This document shows, one piece after another, positions 1 through 9,206 of a stretch of 24,000 bases of DNA; positions within the stretch are counted from its first letter, which is position 1; each line of letters opens with the position of its first letter. Source of the stretch: Rodentibacter ratti (GTDB lineage Bacteria > Pseudomonadota > Gammaproteobacteria > Enterobacterales > Pasteurellaceae); assembly GCF_002000485.1 (NCBI RefSeq), contig NZ_MLAJ01000005.1:51806-75805 (forward strand), read 5' to 3'. Both the position numbers and the translations under genes were made by a program. Under the pieces are notes generated by a model. The model was not told the origin of the DNA. It saw only the letters and a list, made by a program, of their open reading frames with translations, and did not search any database.

Positions 1-885
1 TTCATCCTCACAATAAAGGGTGATGTTAGCACCACGCTGAAGTAATGAAATGGCAGTGCAGAGTGAGGCAATCCCTCCGCCAATAATCGCAATATCTTGT
101 TTTTTCATATTCGCTGCTTGAGGCAAATACCAAGGGGATAAAAGTGCGGTCGGTTTTGGCTGTGTTTTTTGCCCGCTTAGGCATTCCCGTTTTTTGCCAA
201 ACCCTTTACGTTTGGTGACCTCAAACCCGACGAATTCTAGCCCTTTTCTGACCGCACTTGCCGCGGTAAACGTGGCGAAAGTTCCCATGGGTTTGGTGAA
301 ACGATACATTTGCTGATATAAGTTTTCGTTCCACATATCGGGATTTTTGCTGGGAGCGAAACCATCTAAAAACCAAGCGTCAATACGTTCGTTCATATAA
401 TCACCAAGTTGCGGTAAATTTTCAGCCACATCTCCAAACCATAAATCAAGGGTGGTTTCATCAAAATGAATGCGTTGGCAACCTTTAATCGGTGATTGCC
501 AGTAGTTTTGTAACTGTCCGCTGAGTTCAGCAAATTGCGGATAGACTGAATGCGCTTGCTGAAGTGCGGTTGGTTTTAGCGGATATTTTTCAAAGGAAAT
601 AAAATAGAGCCGCTTTAATGGTGAATGTTGAAATTGCCGACGAAATTGTCGGAATAATGTGGTGACGGCAAAAAAGTTTAACCCTGTGCCGAAGCCGGTT
701 TCCGCAATCACAAAATGAGCATTTTCATAAGTGAGCCAACGTTCCCATAATTGATTACCTTGTAAAAACACATAATCCGTTTCAGCCAATCCATCCTGAT
801 TGGAGAAATAAACATCGTCAAATTTATTGGAAATAGGCGTATTTTCTTCATTAAAATGAATGTCAGCATACTGAACATTGAACAT
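1..885 (-). CDS. mnmC: tRNA 5-methylaminomethyl-2-thiouridine biosynthesis bifunctional protein MnmC. Covers the N-terminal methyltransferase domain and the start of the FAD oxidoreductase domain. The 3' end runs off the window.
   Basis: This ORF is not in the supplied track because it is open at the window edge. My own translation from ATG at 885 gives [45 protein letters not shown]...[17 protein letters not shown]...[36 protein letters not shown], in frame to position 1 (295 codons). It aligns along its length with E. coli MnmC ([32 protein letters not shown] dinucleotide fold). It is divergent from fabB, as in E. coli. Confidence 0.85.
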   Translation of the reverse strand, partial: MFNVQYADIHFNEENTPISNKFDDVYFSNQDGLAETDYVFLQGNQLWERWLTYENAHFVIAETGFGTGLNFFAVTTLFRQFRRQFQHSPLKRLYFISFEKYPLKPTALQQAHSVYPQFAELSGQLQNYWQSPIKGCQRIHFDETTLDLWFGDVAENLPQLGDYMNERIDAWFLDGFAPSKNPDMWNENLYQQMYRFTKPMGTFATFTAASAVRKGLEFVGFEVTKRKGFGKKRECLSGQKTQPKPTALLSPWYLPQAANMKKQDIAIIGGGIASLCTAISLLQRGANITLYCEDE

Positions 886-979
886 TTTTATTCCTTTCTT
901 GCATGATCGAATTGACTTATAATAACGGAATTTTCCGGCTTATTGAAATTTGTTGTCGGTATAGGGTTTGGTAGCCTCT

Positions 980-996
980 AACTGGTCGAACAAATA
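980..996 (+). promoter_or_regulatory. Candidate FadR-type operator upstream of fabB
   Basis: aactggtcgaacaaata matches about 11/17 positions of the E. coli fabA FadR site AACTGATCGGACTTGTT as I recall it, with a perfect CTGGTC half-site. It lies just upstream of possible -35 hexamers (ttgctt/ttgaaa at 1003-1011), the position from which FadR activates fabA/fabB in E. coli. Confidence 0.3.
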
Positions 997-1074
997 AATT
1001 ATTGCTTGAAATATTTTTATTTCGTAGTAGTTTTGAGCCGTTATTTTGACATATGAAACAAAAAGGAAGAAGCA

Positions 1075-2295
1075 ATGAAAAGAGCTGTCATTACAGGCTT
1101 TGGTATTATCTCCAGTATCGGTAACAATAAACAAGAAGTGCTTGCATCGTTAAAAGCAGGAAAATCGGGTATTGAAGTGGTGCCTGAATTCGTTGAAATG
1201 AAAATGCGTAGTCACGTTGCGGGAACAATTAAATTGGATCCAAGTGAGCATATTGATCGTAAAGTATATCGTTTTATGGGTGATGCGGCGGCTTATGCTT
1301 ACCTTTCTATGCGTGAAGCTATTGAAGATGCGGGGTTAACCGAAGAGCAGGTTTCCAATGATCGCACGGGCTTGGTTATCGGTGCAGGTACAGGCTCTGC
1401 GCATAATCAGTTAGTAGCTTGTGATGCGGTGCGTGGGCCGCGTGGCGTCAAAGCAATCGGGCCTTATGCTGTAACGAAAACCATGGCATCCAGTGTTTCT
1501 GCCTGTCTTGCCACACCTTACAAAATCCGTGGTGTGAGCTACTCGATTAGTTCCGCTTGTGCAACGTCGGCACATTGTATTGGTCATGCCTTAGAGTTAA
1601 TCCAATTAGGCAAACAAGATGTTGTGTTTGCAGGCGGTGCGGAAGAATTATCTTGGGAATGTGCCACAGAATTTGATGCGATGGGTGCGGTTTCCACAAA
1701 ATATAATGATACACCGGAAAAAGCCTCCCGAGCTTATGATGCGAACCGTGATGGTTTCGTGATTGCCGGTGGCGGTGCTGTTGTGGTGGTGGAAGAATTA
1801 GAACACGCCCTTGCTCGCGGTGCAAAAATTTATGCGGAAATCGTAGGTTATGGTGCGACTTCTGATGGTTACGATATGGTTGCGCCAAGCGGTGAAGGGG
1901 CAGAACGCTGTATGAAACAAGCTATGGCAACAGTGGATACGCCAATTGATTATATTAATGTTCACGGCACTTCAACACCGGTGGGAGACGTGAAAGAATT
2001 AGGCGCAATCAAAAATGTATTTGGTGCCAATGTGCCGGCAATTTCATCGACAAAATCTATGACCGGTCACTCCTTAGGCGCAGCGGGCGCCCACGAAGCG
2101 ATTTATACTTTATTAATGCTAGATAATGATTTTATCGCACCAAGCATTAACATTGAAACCTTGGATGAAGCAGCGGAAGGTTGCAATATCGTGACAGAAA
2201 CCAAAGAAAATGCCGGCTTGCAAACGGTGATGTCAAACAGCTTCGGTTTTGGTGGTACGAATGCGACGTTAATCTTCAAACGTTACAATGGTTAA
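1075..2295 (+). CDS. fabB: 3-oxoacyl-ACP synthase I (KAS I)
   Basis: The 406-aa product is near-colinear with E. coli FabB ([30 protein letters not shown] with active-site Cys, [30 protein letters not shown]). An aaaaggaag RBS precedes the ATG. Confidence 0.95.
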   Translation: MKRAVITGFGIISSIGNNKQEVLASLKAGKSGIEVVPEFVEMKMRSHVAGTIKLDPSEHIDRKVYRFMGDAAAYAYLSMREAIEDAGLTEEQVSNDRTGLVIGAGTGSAHNQLVACDAVRGPRGVKAIGPYAVTKTMASSVSACLATPYKIRGVSYSISSACATSAHCIGHALELIQLGKQDVVFAGGAEELSWECATEFDAMGAVSTKYNDTPEKASRAYDANRDGFVIAGGGAVVVVEELEHALARGAKIYAEIVGYGATSDGYDMVAPSGEGAERCMKQAMATVDTPIDYINVHGTSTPVGDVKELGAIKNVFGANVPAISSTKSMTGHSLGAAGAHEAIYTLLMLDNDFIAPSINIETLDEAAEGCNIVTETKENAGLQTVMSNSFGFGGTNATLIFKRYNG

Positions 2296-2316
2296 TCAAA
2301 TGGACTAATCAAAAGG

Positions 2317-2350
2317 AAAATCGCACGGTAGCAATATCGTGCGATTTTTT
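2317..2350 (+). terminator. Rho-independent terminator of fabB
   Basis: The stem aaaatcgcacg (2317-2327) pairs with cgtgcgatttt (2338-2348) around a 10-nt loop. It is followed by a T-run to 2350 and lies 22 nt after the fabB stop. Confidence 0.75.
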
Positions 2351-2420
2351 GTATTGAATTTGGAAATAGCTCAAGTACAATTCAAAAAATACATTAAAAA
2401 ATGACCGCACTTTACCTATA

Positions 2421-2446
2421 AAAAAGCCCTGAATTTTCAGGGCTTT
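2421..2446 (-). terminator. Rho-independent terminator of prlC (hairpin with A/T runs on both sides)
   Basis: agccctgaa (2425-2433) pairs with ttcagggct (2436-2444), flanked by aaaaa and tttt. It lies about 10 nt downstream of the prlC stop on the minus strand. An inverted USS is at 2404-2412. Confidence 0.7.
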
Positions 2447-2455
2447 TGGTTATGA

Positions 2456-4495
2456 TTAATTGGCGATACCTTTATGTCTTAACAGGGCATCTAACTGTGG
2501 TTCACGCCCACGGAAGCGTTTGAACAGTTCCATTGGTTCTTCTGAACCGCCACGGGTTAAGATTTCATCGAGGAAAGATTTTCCTGTGATTGGGTTAAAA
2601 ATACCTTCTTCCTCAAATCGTGAGTAGGCGTCGGCGGAGAGCACTTCCGCCCACAAATAACTGTAATAGCCAGCAGCGTAACCGCCTGCAAAAATATGGC
2701 TGAAGCTGTGAGGCGTTCTTGCCCAATCTACCCCTTTAATGACGGCAACTTGTGATTTTACCGCTTTGAGGGTATCAAGAATTTGATTCAGTTTTTCCGG
2801 ATCAAAGGTGTGATGCAAACGGAAATCAAAAATGCCAAATTCCAGTTGGCGTAAAACAAACATTGCAGCTTGGAAGTTTTTCGCTTTTAGTAATTGGGCT
2901 AATTTCTCTTTTGGCAAAGGTTCACCTGTTTCATAATGACCGGAAATAAATGCCAATGCCTCTTGTTCCCAGCACCAATTTTCCATAAATTGACTTGGTA
3001 ATTCCACGGCATCCCAAGGTACACCATTAATACCAGCCACATCAGATACATCAATTTGTGTGAGCATATGATGAATGCCGTGTCCGAATTCGTGGAAAAG
3101 GGTAGTGACTTCATCATGGGTAAATAATGCCGGTTTATCACCGACTGGGGCATTAAAATTACAGGTTAAATAGGCCACCGGCGTTTGGATAGAACCGTTA
3201 AGTTTACGTTTTCTACCGATGCAATCATCCATCCATGCCCCGCCACGTTTGTTTTCACGAACATAGAGGTCGAGATAAAAACTGCCACGTAACTGATCTT
3301 TTTCATCAATCAGATCAAAGAAACGCACATCTTTGTGCCAAGTATCCACATCAAAACGCTCTACCGCATGAATGTTGAAAATGCGCTTAATCAGTTCAAA
3401 TAAACCGGATAGCACACGATCTTCAGGGAAATAAGGGCGTAACTCCTCATCATTGATAGCGTAGAGATGTTGTTTTTGTTTTTCGCTGTAAAAAGCAATA
3501 TCCCAAGGCTCAAGATTTGTGACACCAAATTCTTGTTCACAATAGGCTTTAAGTTCCGCCAGTTCTTTTTCACCCTGTGGTTTTGCACGTTTTGCCAAAT
3601 TATCTAAGAAATCTAACACTTGTTGCGGATTTTCTGCCATTTTAGTAGCAAGAGAGAGTTCGGTATAAGTGGTAAAGCCCAGTAATTTTGCCAATTCTAT
3701 CCGCAAAGTGAGAATTTCTTCCATGATTTTACTGTTATCCCATTTGCCGGCATTCGGGCCTTGCTCTGAGGCACGAGTTGCATAAGCACGGTACATTTCT
3801 TCGCGTAATGCTTGGTTTTCGCAGTAAGTCATAATCGGCAAATAGCTTGGAATTTCAAGGGTAAAACGATAACCCTTTAACCCTTTGCTTTCGGCGGATT
3901 GTTTTGCCGCTTGTAATGCGGATTCGGGAAGTCCTTTCAATTCTGCTTCATCTTCAATGACTTTTTCCCAACCCATCGTGGCATCTAACACATTATTGCT
4001 GAATTGTGAGCTGAGTTCGGATAACCGTGATGAAATTTCGCCATAGCGTTTTTGTTTTTCTTCAGGTAACGCAATACCGGAAAGATCGAAATCCCGTAAG
4101 GCATTTTCAATGGATTTTTTTTGTGCCACAGAGTAATCGGCAAATTCAGGGCTATTTTTGAGCGCGAAATAGGCATTGTAAAGTCCTTTGTGCTGTCCTA
4201 CCCAAGTGCTGTATTCGGAAAGTAGAGGTAAACAAGCCTGATAAGCTTCCCGTAACTCAGGGCTGTTTTTGACCGAATTTAAATGGGAAACCGGCGACCA
4301 AGCACGGCTTAGACTATCGCTGGCTTCCGTTAAAGGTAAAATGAAATTTTCCCAAGTAAAGTGCGGTTGATTTAAGACCTGTTCTATCGTATCACGGCAA
4401 TCTTGAATGAGTTTTTCTACGGCAGGTTGAATATGTTCGGGTTTGATTTGTGAAAAAGGCGGTAAGCCTTGAATGTGAAGTAATGGATTTGACAT
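2456..4495 (-). CDS. prlC: Oligopeptidase A (M3 family zinc metallopeptidase)
   Basis: The 679-aa length matches E. coli PrlC (680 aa). It has the HEFGH zinc motif (TLFHEFGHGIHHMLT) and M3 family sequence throughout. Confidence 0.93.
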   Translation of the reverse strand: MSNPLLHIQGLPPFSQIKPEHIQPAVEKLIQDCRDTIEQVLNQPHFTWENFILPLTEASDSLSRAWSPVSHLNSVKNSPELREAYQACLPLLSEYSTWVGQHKGLYNAYFALKNSPEFADYSVAQKKSIENALRDFDLSGIALPEEKQKRYGEISSRLSELSSQFSNNVLDATMGWEKVIEDEAELKGLPESALQAAKQSAESKGLKGYRFTLEIPSYLPIMTYCENQALREEMYRAYATRASEQGPNAGKWDNSKIMEEILTLRIELAKLLGFTTYTELSLATKMAENPQQVLDFLDNLAKRAKPQGEKELAELKAYCEQEFGVTNLEPWDIAFYSEKQKQHLYAINDEELRPYFPEDRVLSGLFELIKRIFNIHAVERFDVDTWHKDVRFFDLIDEKDQLRGSFYLDLYVRENKRGGAWMDDCIGRKRKLNGSIQTPVAYLTCNFNAPVGDKPALFTHDEVTTLFHEFGHGIHHMLTQIDVSDVAGINGVPWDAVELPSQFMENWCWEQEALAFISGHYETGEPLPKEKLAQLLKAKNFQAAMFVLRQLEFGIFDFRLHHTFDPEKLNQILDTLKAVKSQVAVIKGVDWARTPHSFSHIFAGGYAAGYYSYLWAEVLSADAYSRFEEEGIFNPITGKSFLDEILTRGGSEEPMELFKRFRGREPQLDALLRHKGIAN

Positions 4496-4523
4496 AGATA
4501 TTTCCTTTTTTAAACTGTTCTGT

Positions 4524-4551
4524 ATATGACGGCGAATTCTATAATATCAAG
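4524..4551 (-). promoter_or_regulatory. Candidate sigma-32 (heat-shock) promoter of prlC
   Basis: The minus strand reads CTTGAT (4551-4546), then 13 nt, then CCGTCATAT (4532-4524). The sigma-32 consensus is CTTGAA-N13-17-CCCCATNT. The site is about 25-30 nt upstream of the prlC RBS and ATG. E. coli prlC is a known sigma-32 regulon member. Confidence 0.35.
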
Positions 4552-4609
4552 GTTGAAAAATCTAAAAAATCAGCAATAATGGCTCGTATTTAAATGATTT
4601 GGGGATGCG

Positions 4610-5014
4610 ATGAAGTACATTTATATTTTGTTGGGTTTTATTTCTCTTGCTCTTGGGATTGTGGGGATTTTTCTTCCACTTTTGCCAACAACACCGTTTC
4701 TTTTATTGACCCTATTTTTCTTTGCGAAAGGTTCAAAACGTTTGGAAATCTGGTTTCTTAGCACTTCTATATACCAAAAACATTTGAAATCATTTAATGA
4801 ACGTCGAGCGATGAGTAAAAAAACAAAAATGGTTATTTTGGCATTTGCCAGTTCAATGCTATTAATTGGTTTTTACTTTACTCCAAGTATTGTTGGCAGA
4901 AGTATTATTGCCGCATTAATTGTTGTGAAATATTGGTTTTTCTTATTTTGGATTAAAACTGAGGAAGAATCGGAAGTTGATCCTATTCAAAGAGAAGAGA
5001 TAAGTAATGAGTAA
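4610..5014 (+). CDS. ybaN: YbaN/DUF454 family small inner-membrane protein
   Basis: The 134-aa product has hydrophobic helices. The motif LPLLPTTPFLLLTLFFFAKGSKR matches E. coli YbaN ([23 protein letters not shown]). Its stop overlaps the next ORF's start (ATGAGTAA). Confidence 0.75.
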   Translation: MKYIYILLGFISLALGIVGIFLPLLPTTPFLLLTLFFFAKGSKRLEIWFLSTSIYQKHLKSFNERRAMSKKTKMVILAFASSMLLIGFYFTPSIVGRSIIAALIVVKYWFFLFWIKTEEESEVDPIQREEISNE

Positions 5015-6563
5015 TTTTTTCTCTGTAAATTTGAAAAGTGCGGTTATTTTTTCTGCTATTTTTGCGCTGAATGGGTGTGATAACAATCAGTCACAGAATC
5101 CAAAACCACCTCAACATCAACCCGAACCCACAATTTCAATAGAAAAACCGCAGGTACAAAATAATCGAGAGAAACTTGTACGCAGCATAAAATCGGTTGC
5201 CGTTTTAGATCCTTGGCAAGTGAAGGAGGAAGAACAGTTTTCCCTTATTCGAGATTTGTTTGAAGGATTAACGGCTTATGATGCACAAGGTAATATTATT
5301 CCTGCAGTGGCGGAAAGTTGGAAAACTCAAGATAATAAAAATTGGACATTTATTTTGCGTGAAGGCTTGAAGTGGTCAAATGGCACACCTTTAACTGCAC
5401 AGGATTTTGTTCTTTCTTGGCAAGCCCTCTCTCAGTCTGAAAGCCCGCTTAAATCTTATTTGCTATATTTAAATTTGAAAGGTGCGAAAGCTGTTTTGGA
5501 AAAAAAGCAGCCCTTAACAAATTTGGGCATTTCTGCTGAAAATGACCGCACTTTGCTCATAACGTTGGATAAACCTACCCCTTATTTACCCGAGATGTTG
5601 GCGCATATTGCGTTATTGCCACAATATCGTGATTTGAATTTATCTGTATCAAATGGTGCATATATGCTTTCATTGCGTGATGAAAAAGGGGTTCATCTGG
5701 TGAAAAATCCGCATTATTGGCAAAAGGATAGCATGTCATTTAAACAAGTGGATTATGTTCCTTATGATACTAAACCTCTTGCTGAATGGGATATTATTTG
5801 GTCTTCATCGGAAAAAACGGAAAACATACAATATTTTCCTCAACTATGCGGCTATTTTTACGAATTTAATTTACGTGATCCGAAGTTGACTAATCCTTTA
5901 ATTCGGAAAGCGATAGCTTCTCTTATTTCCGTTACCGGTATCACGAATAATGAAATGCCTAATGCAATTCCAAGTTCTTATTTTTTACCAAAAGCCATGT
6001 TACAAGGGCAAGATTCACGTTGGGAGCCGGTGTTGGCAGAGCAGTTGTTGGCTCAAAGCGAGATTACAGAAAAGCAACCGCTGGCTTTACGATTGGCTTA
6101 TGACGATATTTCATTGCATCAAAATATTGCGAATCGTTTGGCGAGACAATTATCAGAGTCAGATTTATTGCGTGTAGAGGGTGAGCCGATGAGTTGGCCA
6201 CAATTACAGGAAAAAAGGAACAAAGGTGATTTTCAGTTAATTCGTTCCGGATGGTGTGCTGATTTTAATCATCCTATGGCATTTTTAGGCTTATTTTATT
6301 CAAAAAGTCCGGACAATAAGAGTGGTTATAGCAATGCAAATTACGATCAGCTGTTTGAACAGGCATTGAAAAGTGTATCAGAAAAAGAGCGGTCAGAAAT
6401 TTATTTAAAATTAAGTGAAATCATTCAACAGGAAAATTTAGTATTGCCACTGTTTCAATATACGACACCTGTTTATATCTCTTCTTCCGTAATGGGGGTA
6501 AAGAAAAATTCTATTAGTGCGATCTATAGTAAGCATCTATGGAGAAAAGTGGAAGCTGAGTAA
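5007..6563 (+). CDS. ABC-transporter family-5 (peptide/oligopeptide-type) substrate-binding lipoprotein. It is an orphan, with no permease or ATPase genes adjacent.
   Basis: The 518-aa product has a signal peptide ending in the lipobox-like FALNGC. It carries SBP_bac_5-type sequence (FEGLTAYDAQGNIIPAVAESWKTQDNKNWTFILREGLKWSNGTPLTAQDF). From memory, an equivalent putative oligopeptide-binding gene sits next to prlC in H. influenzae. Confidence 0.75.
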   Translation: MSNFFSVNLKSAVIFSAIFALNGCDNNQSQNPKPPQHQPEPTISIEKPQVQNNREKLVRSIKSVAVLDPWQVKEEEQFSLIRDLFEGLTAYDAQGNIIPAVAESWKTQDNKNWTFILREGLKWSNGTPLTAQDFVLSWQALSQSESPLKSYLLYLNLKGAKAVLEKKQPLTNLGISAENDRTLLITLDKPTPYLPEMLAHIALLPQYRDLNLSVSNGAYMLSLRDEKGVHLVKNPHYWQKDSMSFKQVDYVPYDTKPLAEWDIIWSSSEKTENIQYFPQLCGYFYEFNLRDPKLTNPLIRKAIASLISVTGITNNEMPNAIPSSYFLPKAMLQGQDSRWEPVLAEQLLAQSEITEKQPLALRLAYDDISLHQNIANRLARQLSESDLLRVEGEPMSWPQLQEKRNKGDFQLIRSGWCADFNHPMAFLGLFYSKSPDNKSGYSNANYDQLFEQALKSVSEKERSEIYLKLSEIIQQENLVLPLFQYTTPVYISSSVMGVKKNSISAIYSKHLWRKVEAE

Positions 6564-6575
6564 TAACATATCAAA

Positions 6576-6610
6576 AAAATTCCCCGCTTCATTATTAAGC
6601 GGGGAATTTT
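6576..6610. terminator. Bidirectional Rho-independent terminator between the convergent SBP gene and fur
   Basis: aaaattccccgctt (6576-6589) pairs with aagcggggaatttt (6597-6610) around a 7-nt loop. The A-run and T-run allow it to function on both strands. Confidence 0.8.
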
Positions 6611-6616
6611 TAAGGA

Positions 6617-7066
6617 TTATTTTGCATCTTTTTTAACAATTTCTTCGCATGTTTCAATATCACTGCATTTTCCGTAAAGATACAAGCTATGGGCTTTTAA
6701 TTTAATGCCGTATTGTTCGCTAATCTCTTTTTGGCGTTGCTCAATAAGGTTGTCGGAAAATTCGAATACTTTACCACAGTCTTCACAAATAATATGGTCA
6801 TGATGTTCTGTCGGCGCAAGTTCAAAAACCGATTTATTTCCTTCAAAATTATGACGAATTAAAATATGCGCTTCGTCAAATTGGTTAAGTACACGGTAAA
6901 CTGTGGCAAGACCAATCTCACTGTTTTGTTCTAACAAAATTTTATATACATCTTCTGCAGAAAAATGTTCGTTTTTGTGATTTTGCATTAAAGCTAAAAT
7001 AGTCAAACGAGGCTCAGTAATTTTTAAGCCAGCTTTTTTAAGCAATTTAATATTTTCTTCAGACAT
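6617..7066 (-). CDS. fur: Ferric uptake regulator Fur
   Basis: The 149-aa product carries LKKAGLKITEPRLTIL, GLATVYRVLNQF, the HHDH cluster and CxxC (HHDHIICEDCGKV). It lies directly downstream of fldA, as in E. coli. Confidence 0.95.
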   Translation of the reverse strand: MSEENIKLLKKAGLKITEPRLTILALMQNHKNEHFSAEDVYKILLEQNSEIGLATVYRVLNQFDEAHILIRHNFEGNKSVFELAPTEHHDHIICEDCGKVFEFSDNLIEQRQKEISEQYGIKLKAHSLYLYGKCSDIETCEEIVKKDAK

Positions 7067-7087
7067 AAAGTTTCCTTTTTATGATAG

Positions 7088-7612
7088 TTAAGCGAGCTCG
7101 GCTAAACACATTTCTTCATAAATTTGTTTACACCATTTTTCAACGCGTTCAGCAGTGAGTTCAGGTTGACGATCTTCATCAATACATAAACCGATAAAAG
7201 TGCCGTCTTCTAATAGGGCTTTTGAGGCTTCAAATGTATAGCCTTCAGTTGGCCAGTTTCCTACAATGATTGCACCGCGAGGCTCTACAATATCGCGTAT
7301 CGTACCAATTGCATCACAGAAATAATCTGCGTAGTCTTCTTGGTCGCCACAACCGAAAATCGCCACTAATTTATCTGTGAAATCAATTTCTTCTAAAGTT
7401 GGGAAAAAATCGTCCCAATCTGCTTGGGATTCACCGTAATACCAAGTCGGAATCCCGAAAAGTAAGAAATCGTAGGCTTCAATATCTTCTTTTGAGGTTT
7501 TTGCGATGTCACGAATATCAACTAAATCATTACCCAATTGTTTTTGAATCATTTTTGCGATATTTTCGGTATTGCCTGTGTCGCTACCATAAAATAGGCC
7601 CACTACTGCCAT
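7088..7612 (-). CDS. fldA: Flavodoxin I
   Basis: The 174-aa product has the long-chain flavodoxin signature (GLFYGSDTGNTENIA, IPTWYYGE). The fldA-fur tandem is conserved, with only a 21-nt gap to fur. Confidence 0.93.
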   Translation of the reverse strand: MAVVGLFYGSDTGNTENIAKMIQKQLGNDLVDIRDIAKTSKEDIEAYDFLLFGIPTWYYGESQADWDDFFPTLEEIDFTDKLVAIFGCGDQEDYADYFCDAIGTIRDIVEPRGAIIVGNWPTEGYTFEASKALLEDGTFIGLCIDEDRQPELTAERVEKWCKQIYEEMCLAELA

Positions 7613-7693
7613 TTTTCTTTCCTTTTAATTTAAACGTTTAAACAAATAAAATTTGCGCAAACTATACCATAAACCCGTTCTCATTTAAACCGA

Positions 7694-8479
7694 TTAATTC
7701 TTACTTAGAAACCTATTAATAGCACGAATAACAAAGTCCGGTTTTTCCGCATGAACCCAATGTCCGCAGCCGTTTATAGTGAAGGATGTGGCGTTAGGAA
7801 ATTGCTGTAAAATGTATTGTGCGTCTTCTGGTTTAATATAAGGGGAATCCCCACCTTTAATAAATAAACTTGGCACCATCACATTAACATTTTGCCAATC
7901 CATTAAGTGGTTGTAATTATTGAAAAGTGCGGTCAAATTAAAACGAAAAAATTCAGGGGAATCGGGTTCAAAGGATTTCAACATAAATTGAATTACGCTT
8001 GGATCATTAATTTCTTGTTCTAGAATTTGTTTTGCCTGTTGACGTGTTTGGGGTTTAGCCTGTTTCACGGCGAACAAGCCTCTAAACACATCTTGATGAC
8101 CTTGCTTGCCGTAAGGAAGCGGCGCAATATCAATGACAATCAATTTTTCAACAATTTCAGGATGAAGTGTGGTGAATTTCATCGCTGTTTTCCCCCCCAT
8201 GGAGTGACCAATCAAAATGACTTTTTTCAAGTTAAGGTGTTGGATAAGCCTGAAGAGATCTTCCGCCATGAGTTCATAATTCATTAATTCTGCATGAAAA
8301 CTTCTCCCGTGATTACGCAAATCAACACGTAGGATATCGTAATCGTCACTGAATGCTCGGGCGATAACACCAAGATTATTCATATCGCCAAATAAGCCAT
8401 GAATAAATACCAAGGTTGGGTGATTAATTGTTTGTTCTGTTTGATGAAATTGATAATTTAATAATTGAGAGCCAGGCAT
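7694..8479 (-). CDS. ybfF: Alpha/beta-hydrolase esterase YbfF
   Basis: The product aligns with E. coli YbfF from MPGSQLL... (LVFIHGLFGDMNNLGVIARAF, nucleophile elbow GHSMGGK, GHWVHAEKPD). I chose ATG at 8479 (M38 of the tracked ORF). The 5' extension to 8590 has no homology and would overlap seqA. Confidence 0.85.
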   Translation of the reverse strand: MPGSQLLNYQFHQTEQTINHPTLVFIHGLFGDMNNLGVIARAFSDDYDILRVDLRNHGRSFHAELMNYELMAEDLFRLIQHLNLKKVILIGHSMGGKTAMKFTTLHPEIVEKLIVIDIAPLPYGKQGHQDVFRGLFAVKQAKPQTRQQAKQILEQEINDPSVIQFMLKSFEPDSPEFFRFNLTALFNNYNHLMDWQNVNVMVPSLFIKGGDSPYIKPEDAQYILQQFPNATSFTINGCGHWVHAEKPDFVIRAINRFLSKN

Positions 8480-8549
8480 AATTTTCGCGTGAGAATTAGT
8501 TGAGAAATCGTTATAATGGGCAAAAATTTTAGCAAAGGGAGAAATAAAA

Positions 8550-9206
8550 ATGAAGATCATTGAAGTCGATGAAGAATTATACCAATACATTGCGAAACAA
8601 ACTCAATCCATTGGTGAAAGTGCTTCCGATATTCTTCGCCGTTTGCTGAATTTACCCGCTAACCCGAATAGTACGTTAGATTTTGTTTCTTTTGATGAGG
8701 CGAATAAAAGTGCGGTCAAATCTGATGTCGTTTTGCCGAAAGAGACGAAATCGGAAAATATCTCTCAAATCCAAGCTGAATCGGCACCAAAAGCCCTTGA
8801 ACCGGCCGTGTTGAAAACTGCTAGAAAGCAGTCTGAGACGGCGATTAGTCAAATGACAGATAAAGTTCGTGCTTTATTAAATTCTTCGGAATTTAAAGAA
8901 GAAACAAAAGCAGTTGTGCGTTTTTTAGCTATTTTGCGCGTGCTTTATCGTACTAACCCGGAAAGTTTTGCACAGGCAACCGAATCTCTACAAGGTCGTA
9001 CCCGCGTTTATTTTGCGCGTGATGAAGGCACGTTATTGATGGCAGGTAATCACACCAAACCGAAACAAATTCCGGATACGCCTTATTGGGTTATTACCAA
9101 TACCAATAGCGGTAGAAAAATGCTCATGCTGGAAGGGGCGATGCAATCCATGGATTTGCCGGAAAGCCTGATTGATGAAGTGCGTACCTATTTTGTCAGT
9201 AACTAA
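8550..9206 (+). CDS. seqA: Replication-origin sequestration protein SeqA, with an expanded inter-domain linker
   Basis: The N-terminus MKIIEVDEELYQYIAKQTQSIGESASDILRRLL and the C-terminal domain (GRTRVYFA, TKPKQIPDTPYWVITNTNSGRK) match E. coli SeqA. It is divergent from ybfF, as in E. coli. The product is 218 aa versus 181 aa in E. coli. Confidence 0.92.
   Translation: MKIIEVDEELYQYIAKQTQSIGESASDILRRLLNLPANPNSTLDFVSFDEANKSAVKSDVVLPKETKSENISQIQAESAPKALEPAVLKTARKQSETAISQMTDKVRALLNSSEFKEETKAVVRFLAILRVLYRTNPESFAQATESLQGRTRVYFARDEGTLLMAGNHTKPKQIPDTPYWVITNTNSGRKMLMLEGAMQSMDLPESLIDEVRTYFVSN

Noticed and set aside
1547-1888. Numerous 60-125-aa ORFs lie antisense to or nested inside large genes. Examples are 1547-1888, 2899-3153, 8027-8287, 9350-9622, 12055-12330, 14616-14993, 15602-15874, 16845-17114, 22234-22491 and 22958-23361.
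   Set aside because: Each lies wholly within a strongly supported conserved CDS on the other strand or in another frame. They have odd composition (His/Arg/Pro-rich or low complexity), no RBS and no recognisable family. They are shadow ORFs.
7629-7642. A perfect 14-bp palindrome, TTTAAACGTTTAAA, lies just upstream of the fldA RBS and was considered as a possible Fur or SoxS site.
   Set aside because: It does not match the Fur box (GATAATGATAATCATTATC). A pure AT-rich palindrome is plausible by chance in an AT-rich leader, and I have no supporting evidence.
8192-8198. A C7/G7 homopolymer inside ybfF was considered as a possible phase-variation tract.
   Set aside because: It encodes the conserved Gly-Gly of the GHSMGG nucleophile elbow. 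Seven bases is shorter than typical contingency tracts in Haemophilus, and no tetranucleotide repeats occur anywhere in the window.
8480-8590. The 5' extension of the ybfF ORF (MYWYNSSSTSMIFIF...) overlaps the seqA start.
   Set aside because: It has no homology to YbfF, which aligns from Met38. The extension would span the divergent promoter region and the first codons of seqA. ATG at 8479 gives a protein of the expected length.
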